Source: a virus
IMG/VR virus record: IMGVR_UViG_3300045988_103228
Location: 1-64,000 of that record
Direction: 5' to 3' (one strand)
Length of the DNA stretch: 64,000 bases
Positions 46,336 through 56,492 of the stretch are shown one piece after another. Numbering within the stretch: position 1 is the first letter of the stretch; every line of letters begins with the position of its first letter. The notes under the pieces are model-generated. The model was given only the letters and a program-made list of their open reading frames with translations. It did no database searches and had not been told where the DNA came from. Position numbers and translations under genes: made by a program.

Positions 46336-46578
46336 TTAGGTTTTATATGGGTCTACGTCAAAAGCTTCTTTGATATATTCTGCCTTAACCCTTTCGAGCA
46401 CTTCATCGACGATGTTAATAGCAATTTCTAACCCATGCACTTTACCATGTAGATATATTCTGCCACCATTCTTTTTCATATCGAGAGCAGACTCAAAATG
46501 CTCTCGTCTAGCGTTAATGTATTCATCATATAATCGATTGTAAATTTCTTCCAGTTCTTTCATATCCACACCTCTCAA
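46336..46578 (-). CDS. Hypothetical protein
   Basis: 80-aa ORF. Confidence 0.4.
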   Translation of the reverse strand: MRGVDMKELEEIYNRLYDEYINARREHFESALDMKKNGGRIYLHGKVHGLEIAINIVDEVLERVKAEYIKEAFDVDPYKT

Positions 46579-46664
46579 TCAAAACGCAAACGGACTATTG
46601 TTCACTACTATTATCAGTGCCATATTCAGAGTAAACATTACAAACGCGGTCATTCTTTATCACC

Positions 46665-46853
46665 TCAGTCTCTAAATTCAATATCTACAACAATATTCTC
46701 AGGCTCTGTCATGTACCTTCGTGCCAGCAGTTCTACCATACGTTCCTTATCCCCAAGATTGCTATTACGCAAAAGATACGAATAAACTTGTTTGCCTCTG
46801 TACAAGAACACAGCCCATGCGTTTCTCCTCAATGGGTTTGTTGTGTTAATCAT
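46665..46853 (-). CDS. Hypothetical protein
   Basis: 62-aa ORF. Confidence 0.35.
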   Translation of the reverse strand: MINTTNPLRRNAWAVFLYRGKQVYSYLLRNSNLGDKERMVELLARRYMTEPENIVVDIEFRD

Positions 46854-47194
46854 TCCATCGCTTCCTCCAGAGATGTGGTCACATCACCAAAGTCAAAATC
46901 CAGAGCACTAATCATATCATCTAGAGCATCCATAGCATCGGACAGTTTTGTACAAGCCTCGTCTGCCTTGTCATACCGCTCACTCCCCTGCAGATTCTCC
47001 GGCATGTTATCACGATACTCTTCTTCTTCCCACTGGATATACTCAACATCGGATCTTACACTTTCGACCTCAGACACAAGCTCGTCCAGCTTCTTACGGA
47101 TGGAATCAAAACGGTCAATGGTCTGCTTAATATCTTTTCTACGAGTGTTATTCATTTTCAAATCTCCTCTCAATCCACAATACCAAGCTTGCAA
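46850..47194 (-). CDS. Hypothetical coiled-coil protein
   Basis: 114-aa ORF. Confidence 0.4.
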   Translation of the reverse strand: MQAWYCGLRGDLKMNNTRRKDIKQTIDRFDSIRKKLDELVSEVESVRSDVEYIQWEEEEYRDNMPENLQGSERYDKADEACTKLSDAMDALDDMISALDFDFGDVTTSLEEAME

Positions 47195-47571
47195 ATATTT
47201 TTCGGATCAGTGATATAACCAAACGTCAACGTGTTTCGCAGATACCCTTTGTACTCAAACCCACGGTCACGAGCTGCCAGACGACACACATCTCGAATCG
47301 CGGATTCTCTCGGCCAAGATATGCCAGCCAGCTGATACTTCCATTGAAGATCTCTCAGCTTCTGCCACTCAATCACAGGCTTCTTCTCATCCTCGAAACA
47401 CAAACCATTCTGTACGGCATATTTCAAAGCATCACACCGCTTATTTTCTTCCGATGTACAAGTACCCCATTCATTTTCGAGACGGCGATATGCTCTATCA
47501 AACGGTGCTTGTTTTACCGCATCAATACCAAACGCTGCACCAAGCAAGCCTAAACCAAGTAACAATCCCAT
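47170..47571 (-). CDS. Hypothetical secreted/membrane-anchored protein
   Basis: 133 aa. N-terminal signal-like MGLLLGLGLLGAAFG. Confidence 0.45.
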   Translation of the reverse strand: MGLLLGLGLLGAAFGIDAVKQAPFDRAYRRLENEWGTCTSEENKRCDALKYAVQNGLCFEDEKKPVIEWQKLRDLQWKYQLAGISWPRESAIRDVCRLAARDRGFEYKGYLRNTLTFGYITDPKNICKLGIVD

Positions 47572-47574
47572 AAT

Positions 47575-48282
47575 TCAAACCTCCATTCGTGCTGTTTCTA
47601 GCTCTCTTTTAACTAGTGAACGACGTTTCGTCGCATTTTTTAACCAATCATTCCCACTAGGAGCTTGTCTATCAACTCTCGTGTTGCGGCCACTCCCTAT
47701 CGGACATGCCCGGCGGTAATCATCAGCAGTCTTACAACCAAGTGATTCAGCTTCGTCCAGTGCTTTTCGCACATAAGCCCATGTACTACCACCTAGATCA
47801 GAACACTTTCCAATCACAGCAAGTACAAGTTCATCGCCCATGCGCTCAACATATTCTGCTAAAGCTTTCCGCCCAGTAGCGCCAAGCTTTCCGATATTCT
47901 CTCGAAAAACATCCTCAATAGGTTTCGTCGTTGTCGTCGTTTCATCACAAGACGAAGACGATATCTTATCTTTTTCTTTCTCTTTTTCTTTCTCTAGCTT
48001 GGCTTTGCTTGCGTTTGCTTCGTTTTGCTTGCGCTTGCTTTCACCGCCAGCCTTTCCAGAAATGCGCTTACCTTCGATGTATTCGGCATCTTTAATTAAA
48101 TCTCTCTTGATAGCAGGCCACACATACCGCTCATTTCCGTTGAGCTCAGGCTCCGTTCCAGACGATTTGTATTTCATCATCGCCAGTACCAGACGCCCCA
48201 CCTCAGCAGCACTAAGGGGTTCGAAGTAGCTATCATAAGTATCCCAGATTTTAATATAAGTATCAGCCATAACACACCTCAA
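47575..48282 (-). CDS. Hypothetical protein with a KE-rich low-complexity linker
   Basis: 235 aa. 4-nt overlap with the upstream integrase (operon). Confidence 0.45.
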   Translation of the reverse strand: MRCVMADTYIKIWDTYDSYFEPLSAAEVGRLVLAMMKYKSSGTEPELNGNERYVWPAIKRDLIKDAEYIEGKRISGKAGGESKRKQNEANASKAKLEKEKEKEKDKISSSSCDETTTTTKPIEDVFRENIGKLGATGRKALAEYVERMGDELVLAVIGKCSDLGGSTWAYVRKALDEAESLGCKTADDYRRACPIGSGRNTRVDRQAPSGNDWLKNATKRRSLVKRELETARMEV

Positions 48283-49148
48283 GAGTTTTCATGGCAGTCC
48301 ACGCCATAATCAATCCCAGAGTAGTATTCATCATCCACTTCTTCATCCAGACCAATATAGCGAAGCGTAATTGCCTGGCTACTATGATTAAGACTATGCT
48401 GTAACCAAGCTAAGGCTTTTACATCATTTGGATGAGATGCAATAAACTGATATCCGAAGGTTTTACGACAACTATGAGAACCAAGCTGGACGGGAAGATT
48501 TAATTCCTTACCGACTTGACGCATAATCCTACCAAAAGAATCCACATCAAGCGGATCTCTCGTCTCTTTTGGATTAGCATCATACTTACGGAACACATCA
48601 GACTTGCTTACGCTCGTTCCACCGTTTGTTCTCATAGAGCTTTTCCAACTACCTTGCCGAGACGGGAAAAGCCAATCGTCATAAGACAATTCATCAATAT
48701 TGATATAAGTTTGAATACACTTTAGTGCCGGGGCCGGAACTTTAAGAATGCGATACTTATTTGTTTTCTTTTCCTTAACACGAAGTTTTGCGTTGAAATT
48801 CACCACAACCTTTCCATTCATATCTGTAGCTGCTACATCAGAAACCTTCAAACGAAGCAAATCACTTGCTCTGAATCCTGTGCAACATCCTACATTAAAC
48901 AAGCACCAGTTGCGGTACTGACGTTTAATCCAGAAATATTCTGAAATACGTTTGATATCCTCTTTGTCTTTAATTGGCTGAACTGACCCATGATTTGCTT
49001 CCATACGAGTCAGGCTATAGTTCTTTTTAACTACTTTCTGACGTTTTTCTTTGTTAGAAGAATCATAGTCAGAAAAATCAAGAGCAACAGTATTTTCGAT
49101 TTTCTTTTCGTTTTCAAGCGCACTCATCACATTCACCTCAAATTCCAT
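48279..49148 (-). CDS. Tyrosine-type site-specific recombinase/integrase (second copy in window)
   Basis: 289 aa. Box I TGFRASDLLRLKVSDV. Box II HSCRKTFGY...LQHSLNHSSQAITLRYI (R..HxxR..Y). Confidence 0.75.
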   Translation of the reverse strand: MEFEVNVMSALENEKKIENTVALDFSDYDSSNKEKRQKVVKKNYSLTRMEANHGSVQPIKDKEDIKRISEYFWIKRQYRNWCLFNVGCCTGFRASDLLRLKVSDVAATDMNGKVVVNFNAKLRVKEKKTNKYRILKVPAPALKCIQTYINIDELSYDDWLFPSRQGSWKSSMRTNGGTSVSKSDVFRKYDANPKETRDPLDVDSFGRIMRQVGKELNLPVQLGSHSCRKTFGYQFIASHPNDVKALAWLQHSLNHSSQAITLRYIGLDEEVDDEYYSGIDYGVDCHENS

Positions 49149-49362
49149 ACTTCAAGCAATACTTACCGTAAGATAATCCTTCAGCGTCTGCCATTCTTGC
49201 AATCTCAACAAATGTTGGTTTATGTTTCTTTTTATTCTTGCATCGAATGGACGCCTCATTTCTTATTATCTTACGACATTTATCACAATAGAGCTTTCCA
49301 CATTTAGGGCCATACCATGTAATGCCACAGCGATTACACGTTATGTTTCCATATACCATCAT
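49138..49362 (-). CDS. Hypothetical zinc-ribbon protein
   Basis: 74 aa with CNRCG...CGKLYCDKC. Confidence 0.4.
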   Translation of the reverse strand: MMVYGNITCNRCGITWYGPKCGKLYCDKCRKIIRNEASIRCKNKKKHKPTFVEIARMADAEGLSYGKYCLKYGI

Positions 49363-49365
49363 AAT

Positions 49366-49635
49366 TTACACCTCAAACTTGTCAATTTTCCAATGATGTC
49401 GATAGTAATTTCCAGAGTTCCAACTAACAACGGACGCTTCACATGAATCACACCACGTTTCGTCCTGGCTCACGCTATTTCCTTCCGAGTCCCGGCAATC
49501 CTTATAAAGCAAGAACATCTTTTCGGACAACTTCTCTTTATCTTTGTTAATGGTAATAATATTACCTTCCGCATAAAAATCGCTAGAGTCGATACATTCG
49601 TGTAAAATATGAATCGTCATTTTTATGTACCTCAA
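49366..49635 (-). CDS. Hypothetical protein
   Basis: 89-aa ORF. Confidence 0.4.
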   Translation of the reverse strand: MRYIKMTIHILHECIDSSDFYAEGNIITINKDKEKLSEKMFLLYKDCRDSEGNSVSQDETWCDSCEASVVSWNSGNYYRHHWKIDKFEV

Positions 49636-50252
49636 TTCTTTTCAAACAGATCGTTACGAACTTTCGGAGTGAACTGACGAGCGCCAAGCTGCTCAATAGC
49701 AGTTTCCAGCTTGCCATCTCCCCACTCTCTGGTTTTTGTGTTCATAACAATTTCAAGCAAAAGCTTTGCATCCTTAGCTTCTCTACGCTTCCGGCGAGCT
49801 CTTTTAAGTTCTGCCATAAGCTGATAACCTTGTGCTGCGTTCACAGTCTTGAACTCAATAGCGTGTTCAATATCAGCAATCTCATCGCTGGCCGCAGTTA
49901 AATCGCCGTAGACTTTGGTGTATAAATCATTGAGACTGCCCATCGTTTTGTCTGTAATCTCAAGATTTTTCTTCAACTCGGTCAGCCATTCAGAATCTTC
50001 CATGTGAAACGCATATGTATTTTGCTTTACAGCTTGAGCCGTTATATTCGGACTCTTACCTGCGATGGTAGCTTCATCCATAGACTTCGGCGCGTAGTGC
50101 CCGTTCTTATACCCGGCGGGAAGCTTGTTGATTTCACAAATCGCCAGTCCCTTAGATTCAAACTGTAATGCCAAATTGATATCACAGGTAGCGCAGATTC
50201 GACCTCCCTTCCGTTTCATAATATAATTATGACCATTCGATATTACGTACAT
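49632..50252 (-). CDS. Hypothetical protein
   Basis: 206-aa ORF. Confidence 0.45.
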   Translation of the reverse strand: MYVISNGHNYIMKRKGGRICATCDINLALQFESKGLAICEINKLPAGYKNGHYAPKSMDEATIAGKSPNITAQAVKQNTYAFHMEDSEWLTELKKNLEITDKTMGSLNDLYTKVYGDLTAASDEIADIEHAIEFKTVNAAQGYQLMAELKRARRKRREAKDAKLLLEIVMNTKTREWGDGKLETAIEQLGARQFTPKVRNDLFEKN

Positions 50253-51557
50253 TTACTTGTTCTCCTGTTCTTTCATCAGCTCTTTAACCGCTTTCTTGAA
50301 CATCCGCATAGCTTTGTCATTCTCAAGGAACACTTTTGTCTTAGGACTCGGAATCCGACCATGAACACGCTTATACTGTTTCATCATGTTTTCCATCTTA
50401 GTGAATCCAATTTTGTTGTAAACCATACGATAAGTCTTGTGATAATGAATTGTATTGTCTCCAATTTTCTTTGCCAGAGGTTCAACAACTGGAACCAGTT
50501 TTAATGCTGTTTCACTCTGCTTCTTAGGCTTCTCATTAACAACTTCCTTGGCTTCCACCTCAACTACGGGAGCATCGTTCACATTTACTTCAGGAATTGC
50601 TTCAATGGTCTTCAAAGCAGGACGAAGTTCACTCTGGTTCTGATGCAGACGTTCAATAGATGCTGCGTACATATCTGCAACAACAGCACCCATAATGGAT
50701 TTCCAAGTGGAGTCCTCTTCGATAATATCAATCGTAGAGATTTTTCCACTACGATTCGTTCTCTTAATATACTTTGCACGAGCATCTTCCAAAACGAAAC
50801 CATAATTACGATTCAGATATTCATAGATCTTGTGAATCGTCTCTTTATTTGTGTAACCTTTAGTATTTGCAATCACACCAATCTTGCTATACAAATCTTT
50901 ACGCCATTCACTCATTTCGTTCTGAAAAACATTGCGAGGAGTGTAGCTCTTAGCACGAATCGCATCATCCATCTGCTTGTCCTTAATCTGATGGACACAC
51001 TGAGATACGCTGCTAATCACATTCAGCGCTTCATTGCTGGTGGCGCGAGCTTCCTCAATCTGTTCACTGAGATTCTTACGGGTGGAATCAAGTTCACTCT
51101 GAAGATTCTTCATACTATCAAACAGAGCGTGAAGTCTTACATCAATGAATTCCTTGCTCAGTGCTGCATCCATATTAGGAGTAGCCAAAACGGAATCACC
51201 ACGCATCAAAGATTCCATAATGTCCCAGCAGAAATCCATGAACGCATCAGCCTTCGGCTGACGAGACAGACGGCAGATTTCCATAACACCGCGCAAACTG
51301 TATACAATATATTCACGTTCCTTCGTAATTCCGCCCTCAACATTCCTCAGTTTGAGGAATGTTGAAAGAGGGTCAAGACGATCCGTATTCTTAACATGGA
51401 TGTTTTGAATCGCCTTATTAGGATTATTGTATTCAAGCGCCGTACCAATTTGTTCACGGGTCATGTAATACTGATGATTGTTGTCCTCGTATACATTCAT
51501 ACTCAATGCGCCGAAGGGCTTAGAGGTTATTACAGTCATAGGATTATTAGTAGTCAT
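50253..51557 (-). CDS. Phage antirepressor-like protein (Bro-N/ORF6N-type N-terminal domain)
   Basis: 434 aa. N-terminal FGALSMNVYEDNNHQYYMTREQIGTALEYNNPNKAI resembles Bro-N/antirepressor domains. Long coiled-coil C-terminus. Confidence 0.45.
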   Translation of the reverse strand: MTTNNPMTVITSKPFGALSMNVYEDNNHQYYMTREQIGTALEYNNPNKAIQNIHVKNTDRLDPLSTFLKLRNVEGGITKEREYIVYSLRGVMEICRLSRQPKADAFMDFCWDIMESLMRGDSVLATPNMDAALSKEFIDVRLHALFDSMKNLQSELDSTRKNLSEQIEEARATSNEALNVISSVSQCVHQIKDKQMDDAIRAKSYTPRNVFQNEMSEWRKDLYSKIGVIANTKGYTNKETIHKIYEYLNRNYGFVLEDARAKYIKRTNRSGKISTIDIIEEDSTWKSIMGAVVADMYAASIERLHQNQSELRPALKTIEAIPEVNVNDAPVVEVEAKEVVNEKPKKQSETALKLVPVVEPLAKKIGDNTIHYHKTYRMVYNKIGFTKMENMMKQYKRVHGRIPSPKTKVFLENDKAMRMFKKAVKELMKEQENK

Positions 51558-51576
51558 TTTTGTTTACTCCCTCCAC

Positions 51577-51828
51577 TCACTCTTTAATCATAAGTTGTTC
51601 TTTAGTCCAGCGCATTATATTGGTGCATTCATCCGTAGACGTATTTTCCCAGATAAAGACTCTGCCTTCGCCAGTTTCTTTATCAATTTCCGTACAAGAC
51701 AAATCAATTTGAACGCCATCTTCTCTCTGAAGATAAATGTAAATTCCTGGATAATCCTTATAATCTCCATCAGCTTCAGCAACCAGTTTTCCAATAGGCG
51801 TGTCAATTTCAAATCTCTTTTCATTCAT
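51577..51828 (-). CDS. Hypothetical protein
   Basis: 83-aa ORF. Confidence 0.4.
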   Translation of the reverse strand: MNEKRFEIDTPIGKLVAEADGDYKDYPGIYIYLQREDGVQIDLSCTEIDKETGEGRVFIWENTSTDECTNIMRWTKEQLMIKE

Positions 51829-51857
51829 ATTACTATCTCCTTAGAAGAACTGTTTTA

Positions 51858-52067
51858 TCAAAACTGGTATTTCCAGAACAGTCGCGCATTGCCTGTGATA
51901 TCTTGCAAGCAAGAAATGTACTCCCGGAACGAAATCAGCCCTTGCATCTTCATAACCCATGCTCGCTTTGCACGAACCGCAATCGCTGGATCGTATTTCA
52001 CCGCATCGTCAAATGCACTGTCGGTCATCTTGCGTTCAAAGTAACGAATTTCATTGACATTCATCAC
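51858..52067 (-). CDS. Hypothetical protein
   Basis: 69-aa ORF. Confidence 0.35.
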   Translation of the reverse strand: MMNVNEIRYFERKMTDSAFDDAVKYDPAIAVRAKRAWVMKMQGLISFREYISCLQDITGNARLFWKYQF

Positions 52068-52321
52068 AATTTATACTCCTTTTTAGCTCTCTTATATTCT
52101 TTCGTATTACGAAACGCAACCTTCGGATGAGAACCATCTGGATTTAATTCTGTGACCCCGCAAACTAAATAACCAGCATTTTCGAGGTCAACAATTCGTT
52201 TACACAAATAATAAAGAACTACGTTCTTGCTTGTAAAATCTTCATCGAAAACAACAATCTTTTTGCTTGCTTCTGTCGCAATACAAAATACATTATTCAT
52301 ATCAAATAAATAACTTTTCAT
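52064..52321 (-). CDS. Hypothetical protein
   Basis: 85-aa ORF. Confidence 0.4.
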   Translation of the reverse strand: MKSYLFDMNNVFCIATEASKKIVVFDEDFTSKNVVLYYLCKRIVDLENAGYLVCGVTELNPDGSHPKVAFRNTKEYKRAKKEYKL

Positions 52322-52337
52322 ATCTAAAACCTCGATT

Positions 52338-52661
52338 TTATTTAATTTTAATATTTATTTTGTTAAATAAATGTTTAACAGATTCTTCAATTGCATCAAT
52401 AGACCAAACATTAGGATTACATACACCAAGAATTTTATCGCCAGAAGCATTATCACGCGCATCACAAAAATGCCACCAGCTATTATCGCCAGCATCATAT
52501 TCATAATAAACATCCACATCAATTTCAGGGTGACCATCTACATGATATCTAATCTGATCTTTATCATTAAATGTATCCGGTTTGTATCCACGTCCATTCC
52601 ATCTACATGGATTCATCTTAGAAATAAAATCTCTTGCGATCTCTCGTGCCGTCATATTCAT
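52338..52661 (-). CDS. Hypothetical protein
   Basis: 107-aa ORF. Confidence 0.4.
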   Translation of the reverse strand: MNMTAREIARDFISKMNPCRWNGRGYKPDTFNDKDQIRYHVDGHPEIDVDVYYEYDAGDNSWWHFCDARDNASGDKILGVCNPNVWSIDAIEESVKHLFNKINIKIK

Positions 52662-52666
52662 TCTCC

Positions 52667-52993
52667 TTATTCTGAAATTTCATCAATATTATGACGATAA
52701 CAATATTCGACTTTCTTCATCATATAAACAGGATCAATACTACAAAGAATAGTGTCACATCGCAGTTCGCTCCAATGTGTATTCAAAGGAAGTTTTTCTT
52801 TGCGACGATATTTATTATTCTTTGTTTTGTTATGAATCATTTTATCACGGGACATCCCCATCCAAATATCAGGTTCCCATTTGTTTTGCCAGACACAAAG
52901 ATAGTCTTTTCCAATATAAACATCGTAATATTTTTGATGTTCGTTTTCCCCGTATTTCCAGCTATATTTCAAATTACTCATATCTATTTCCAT
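52667..52993 (-). CDS. Hypothetical protein
   Basis: 108-aa ORF. Confidence 0.4.
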   Translation of the reverse strand: MEIDMSNLKYSWKYGENEHQKYYDVYIGKDYLCVWQNKWEPDIWMGMSRDKMIHNKTKNNKYRRKEKLPLNTHWSELRCDTILCSIDPVYMMKKVEYCYRHNIDEISE

Positions 52994-53188
52994 TCATATC
53001 ATTATCTTATCTTCACTAAGCGTTTCGGTTTTCATACGTTGTATAGACAAGCTCTGTCGGCTTACTATAACACGTTTTCATCCAGTTAAGTTCTGCATCA
53101 CGCAGCTCTTTTGTTGGATAGATTTCATGCCCTTTGTATGTATCGCCGTACATAAAATGCCTGACAGAATATTCAAGATGGTAATACA

Positions 53189-53374
53189 TTATCGTTTTTC
53201 CAACTCCTCACACACTTTTACAATGATAGCCAAACCTGTACGCCGAAAATCTGCATTGTAAGGATTTTGTGCTTGAACATCTAAATGGTACAGCAATTTT
53301 TCCAAATCAGAGCTATATTCAACGCCTGCTGTTTTACAAAGGACCTCGGCCATCGCTTGAGTGTCATATTTCAT
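53189..53374 (-). CDS. Hypothetical protein
   Basis: 61-aa ORF. Confidence 0.35.
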   Translation of the reverse strand: MKYDTQAMAEVLCKTAGVEYSSDLEKLLYHLDVQAQNPYNADFRRTGLAIIVKVCEELEKR

Positions 53375-53389
53375 AATAAAACTCTCCTT

Positions 53390-53626
53390 TTACATCAATT
53401 TATTAGAAATATCAAATGCTTTCCATCTAAAACCAAATTCATCCGTCCAAACCTGTGCTTCGAGTTCGTCATTGTCATGATAAGCCAGAACATTAGGAAG
53501 GTCAGAATACATTGCATAGCATTTTTTCGAATCATCCACGATATATTTCATAGCTTCTTTTTCGTTTTGAAAAAACTCAGGCTCAAAAATTTCACCTTTG
53601 GAACCGCATTCGATAACACACCACAT
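53390..53626 (-). CDS. Hypothetical protein
   Basis: 78-aa ORF. Confidence 0.4.
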   Translation of the reverse strand: MWCVIECGSKGEIFEPEFFQNEKEAMKYIVDDSKKCYAMYSDLPNVLAYHDNDELEAQVWTDEFGFRWKAFDISNKLM

Positions 53627-53629
53627 ATT

Positions 53630-54124
53630 TTACACCTCATTAAAATCTGCATTAAAAAGAATCTCATTACCATATTCAGTAAGAGTATCCTTGAACCACT
53701 TTTCGTTCTTCTGCCACCACAGTTCAGCCTGCTTCGGAGTCAACACAATTCCTTTCTGTTTTGCTGCATCGATAACATCATCAGTACACCAACACGTTGG
53801 TGCAAACCAATATTGATCTACACCATCATCTTTTTCCTGTTCGTCTTCAATGTAGTTAGGGCAATAGTTGGTATAGAAAACCACATCAAAAAGTGTGATA
53901 GTCATATCATTGCCGCTTAATTCACGTTCAACGTCAGCTACTTCTTCTCTGAGATACAGCTCAGACATAATACCGTCTTCATGTTCCTGAATCCATTTCT
54001 CTGTAATATTGAACTTTTTCGCCAGTTCATCTACCTCAAACACCCATGTGCCATAATTCGTATTTTCAGTACCATGTTTCACCATATAATCAGCAATCTG
54101 ACGTTCCATCATGTTGTCATCCAT
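53630..54124 (-). CDS. Hypothetical protein
   Basis: 164-aa ORF. Confidence 0.45.
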   Translation of the reverse strand: MDDNMMERQIADYMVKHGTENTNYGTWVFEVDELAKKFNITEKWIQEHEDGIMSELYLREEVADVERELSGNDMTITLFDVVFYTNYCPNYIEDEQEKDDGVDQYWFAPTCWCTDDVIDAAKQKGIVLTPKQAELWWQKNEKWFKDTLTEYGNEILFNADFNEV

Positions 54125-54143
54125 GATATCTTCCTCCTAAAAT

Positions 54144-55001
54144 TCAACATTTATCAAAACTGTAAGTAACGGTCACAATCTTCTCTGCATCACCAATACG
54201 GCACCGATCTTCCTTTAATGCTATTTCGAGACCGTAACCAATACTGTACACAATACCGTTTTCAAACACGTCAGAACCGATAAATCCGAATGCTCTGTCA
54301 ATTTCCTTCCATTCTCCGTGTTCTTCTCGATAAACCGTATAGCCGTAGTTCTCACCGGAAATATAATCGCTATAAGTCTTTACCTCATCACGCATGATTC
54401 GTTCTGCTTCATTTTTGGTATTATCCGAACTATCCGTAACAGCGGTCACAATCCAACCAACATTGCTATCGTCCCACGAACTTTTGAATCGTGTATCACA
54501 ATCCATAGACAAACCAGAATGGTCACGCAACCAAAGAGGAAGCCATGCAATATGCTTATCCAGAAGAATCTGACAATCACGAATAGAAAAATTGCCACGA
54601 GCATACACCGCAATTTCATTGTATTTCAAATTGGTGTACCAAGGATTGTCTTGATCTTCACGACAACAAATCGCATAACGAGTTTCTTCAATACTACTAT
54701 TATCGTTGTCAATAACCACACATACCTCTTCCAGTTTTATACACGTTAAAGCATCCACAATCTCTTCATCAGAGCAATACTTGTAAACAAGATTGTTCCA
54801 AAACTCTTCTGCCGTACTCGCATCAATCTTATCACCAAGACAATAACGAGAATGAAAACAGGCCATTACGGAATCATGGTCGTCCCACCAACGAGGATTA
54901 TTGTCTGCTACATCGTCGTGCTGAATATGTAAGCAGTATAGATTACCGCAGGAAGATATCCACTTTATAATTTCGTTGTCATAACAATACAGAGCAGTCA
55001 T
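54144..55001 (-). CDS. Hypothetical protein
   Basis: 285-aa ORF. Confidence 0.45.
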   Translation of the reverse strand: MTALYCYDNEIIKWISSCGNLYCLHIQHDDVADNNPRWWDDHDSVMACFHSRYCLGDKIDASTAEEFWNNLVYKYCSDEEIVDALTCIKLEEVCVVIDNDNSSIEETRYAICCREDQDNPWYTNLKYNEIAVYARGNFSIRDCQILLDKHIAWLPLWLRDHSGLSMDCDTRFKSSWDDSNVGWIVTAVTDSSDNTKNEAERIMRDEVKTYSDYISGENYGYTVYREEHGEWKEIDRAFGFIGSDVFENGIVYSIGYGLEIALKEDRCRIGDAEKIVTVTYSFDKC

Positions 55002-55019
55002 GTTTATTCTCCTTGAAGT

Positions 55020-55538
55020 TTATTCATACCAGTAAGTTTCTTTATCGTCTTCATCGATGTCATCATGATTTGCAGCTGAATAATCTACGCCATCAATAGT
55101 GACATATTCTTCGTCGAGTTCATTCACGGCATCTGCAGTAGATTCCGACACTTCGATATCAAAGATCTCTTTTGTTTCCGTATTCACCTTGCATTTCGTA
55201 GTGACTTCAAAGCCACCGTCCCAAACAGAAGTAAACATGGCATCTTTAATATTTTCAGGGTATTTCGTATCAGCCACTTCGCAAATTGCAAAATCCCAGT
55301 TTCCATCGCCAAGCTCAAAATGAGCGTCCGTCACATAGGCACTGTCATTGTTGATTTCAAAATCAACCTCTGTTTTTCCGCCAGATTGACTCACGATTTG
55401 CTCAACACGTTTTCTCATCTCTGCTTGCGCCTCATCAAAAGTTTCAAAATAGTTAGGCTCAAAAATTTTACGTTCGTTGACGGTAATCAAAATATATTTA
55501 CTCATATCTAAAATCTCCCTTTTATAAAATGATTCCAT
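55020..55538 (-). CDS. Hypothetical acidic protein
   Basis: 172-aa ORF. Confidence 0.45.
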   Translation of the reverse strand: MESFYKREILDMSKYILITVNERKIFEPNYFETFDEAQAEMRKRVEQIVSQSGGKTEVDFEINNDSAYVTDAHFELGDGNWDFAICEVADTKYPENIKDAMFTSVWDGGFEVTTKCKVNTETKEIFDIEVSESTADAVNELDEEYVTIDGVDYSAANHDDIDEDDKETYWYE

Positions 55539-55707
55539 AATTCTTCATTTTTTCGATTGTTTCAATAGACTTTTTAATTCCGGTTGCTTTGCCATAATAC
55601 CATGTCATTTTCTCTTCATCGCCTTCTTTTTGTGCAATGTAAGCAATATCTTGGCAATAAGAATATTCGTCCTTCAAGGCATTGATAATCTTTTCAACAT
55701 CATTCAT
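55522..55707 (-). CDS. Hypothetical protein
   Basis: 61-aa ORF. Confidence 0.35.
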   Translation of the reverse strand: MNDVEKIINALKDEYSYCQDIAYIAQKEGDEEKMTWYYGKATGIKKSIETIEKMKNYGIIL

Positions 55708-55720
55708 ATTCCATCACCTC

Positions 55721-55993
55721 TTATGCACTAGCCTTTTCTTCAAAAGCATACCAATTAGACCAGATCTTATCGACTTCGCCATTCTTAAAACCGTTCTTGT
55801 AATCGGTAAACTCAACATAATAGTTGCTTGTCCACTCATTTAGGTAATGTTCATAGATAGCTGCAACTCCACGCTTTGTTTCAACGACAAAACTATCAAC
55901 CAGAACACCCTCAACGTAAGCACCAGTATGTTGTGCTTTATTCTGGTGCATCCAGCAGCCAAGAGCGCCTGCGTTAAGATAAAACCGTGTCAT
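55721..55993 (-). CDS. Hypothetical protein
   Basis: 90-aa ORF. Confidence 0.4.
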   Translation of the reverse strand: MTRFYLNAGALGCWMHQNKAQHTGAYVEGVLVDSFVVETKRGVAAIYEHYLNEWTSNYYVEFTDYKNGFKNGEVDKIWSNWYAFEEKASA

Positions 55994-56009
55994 AGTTCAT
56001 TCTCCTTTA

Positions 56010-56261
56010 CTCTTACTCTGCCAAAATCATAGCGAGAACCGGTTCACCGGAGTCTTTCAGCTGAAGCTCCAGAATATCACCGTCATCCACGATTTCACAC
56101 TTACTTAGATAATCCTGAAGGAAGAACATCTAACATTCCTGCCAGAAGATTTCTTTCGGATCTTCATTCTCACCTACGAACACATTCTTGTGATGAAAAG
56201 ATTCATTCCAAACCCAGCCATCACCATCAAAACAAGCGTGAACTTCCCTTAGATCCCACAT
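56010..56261 (-). pseudogene. Fourth MWDL-family paralog, interrupted by an in-frame TAG (amber) codon
   Basis: Hand translation: MWDLREVHACFDGDGWVWNESFHHKNVFVGENEDPKEIFWQEC*MFFLQDYLSKCEIVDDGDILELQLKDSGEPVLAMILAE. Same MWDL N-terminus as the three downstream paralogs. TAG at 56129..56131. Confidence 0.4.
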
Positions 56262-56490
56262 AATCTTCACTCCTTAAAACTCCATTGTTTCTCAGTTCTG
56301 CTACAAGTGCTTCTTCGATTCGTATTTTTTCATTCTCTGAAATATTAAGAGAATAAAAAGTACAAATCGAATTGTATAACGGCCCACACACGTACATAAC
56401 ATCAAGATAATACCTATCACTTGTGTTGAACATTAAGGCATAACCTGTTCCATCTTCTTCGTGGTAAATATTTGCAATTAAATCCCACAT
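56227..56490 (-). CDS. Hypothetical protein, MWDL-family tandem paralog
   Basis: 87 aa, N-terminal MWDLIANIYHEEDGTGYALMF. Confidence 0.5.
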   Translation of the reverse strand: MWDLIANIYHEEDGTGYALMFNTSDRYYLDVMYVCGPLYNSICTFYSLNISENEKIRIEEALVAELRNNGVLRSEDYVGSKGSSRLF

Positions 56491-56492
56491 AA

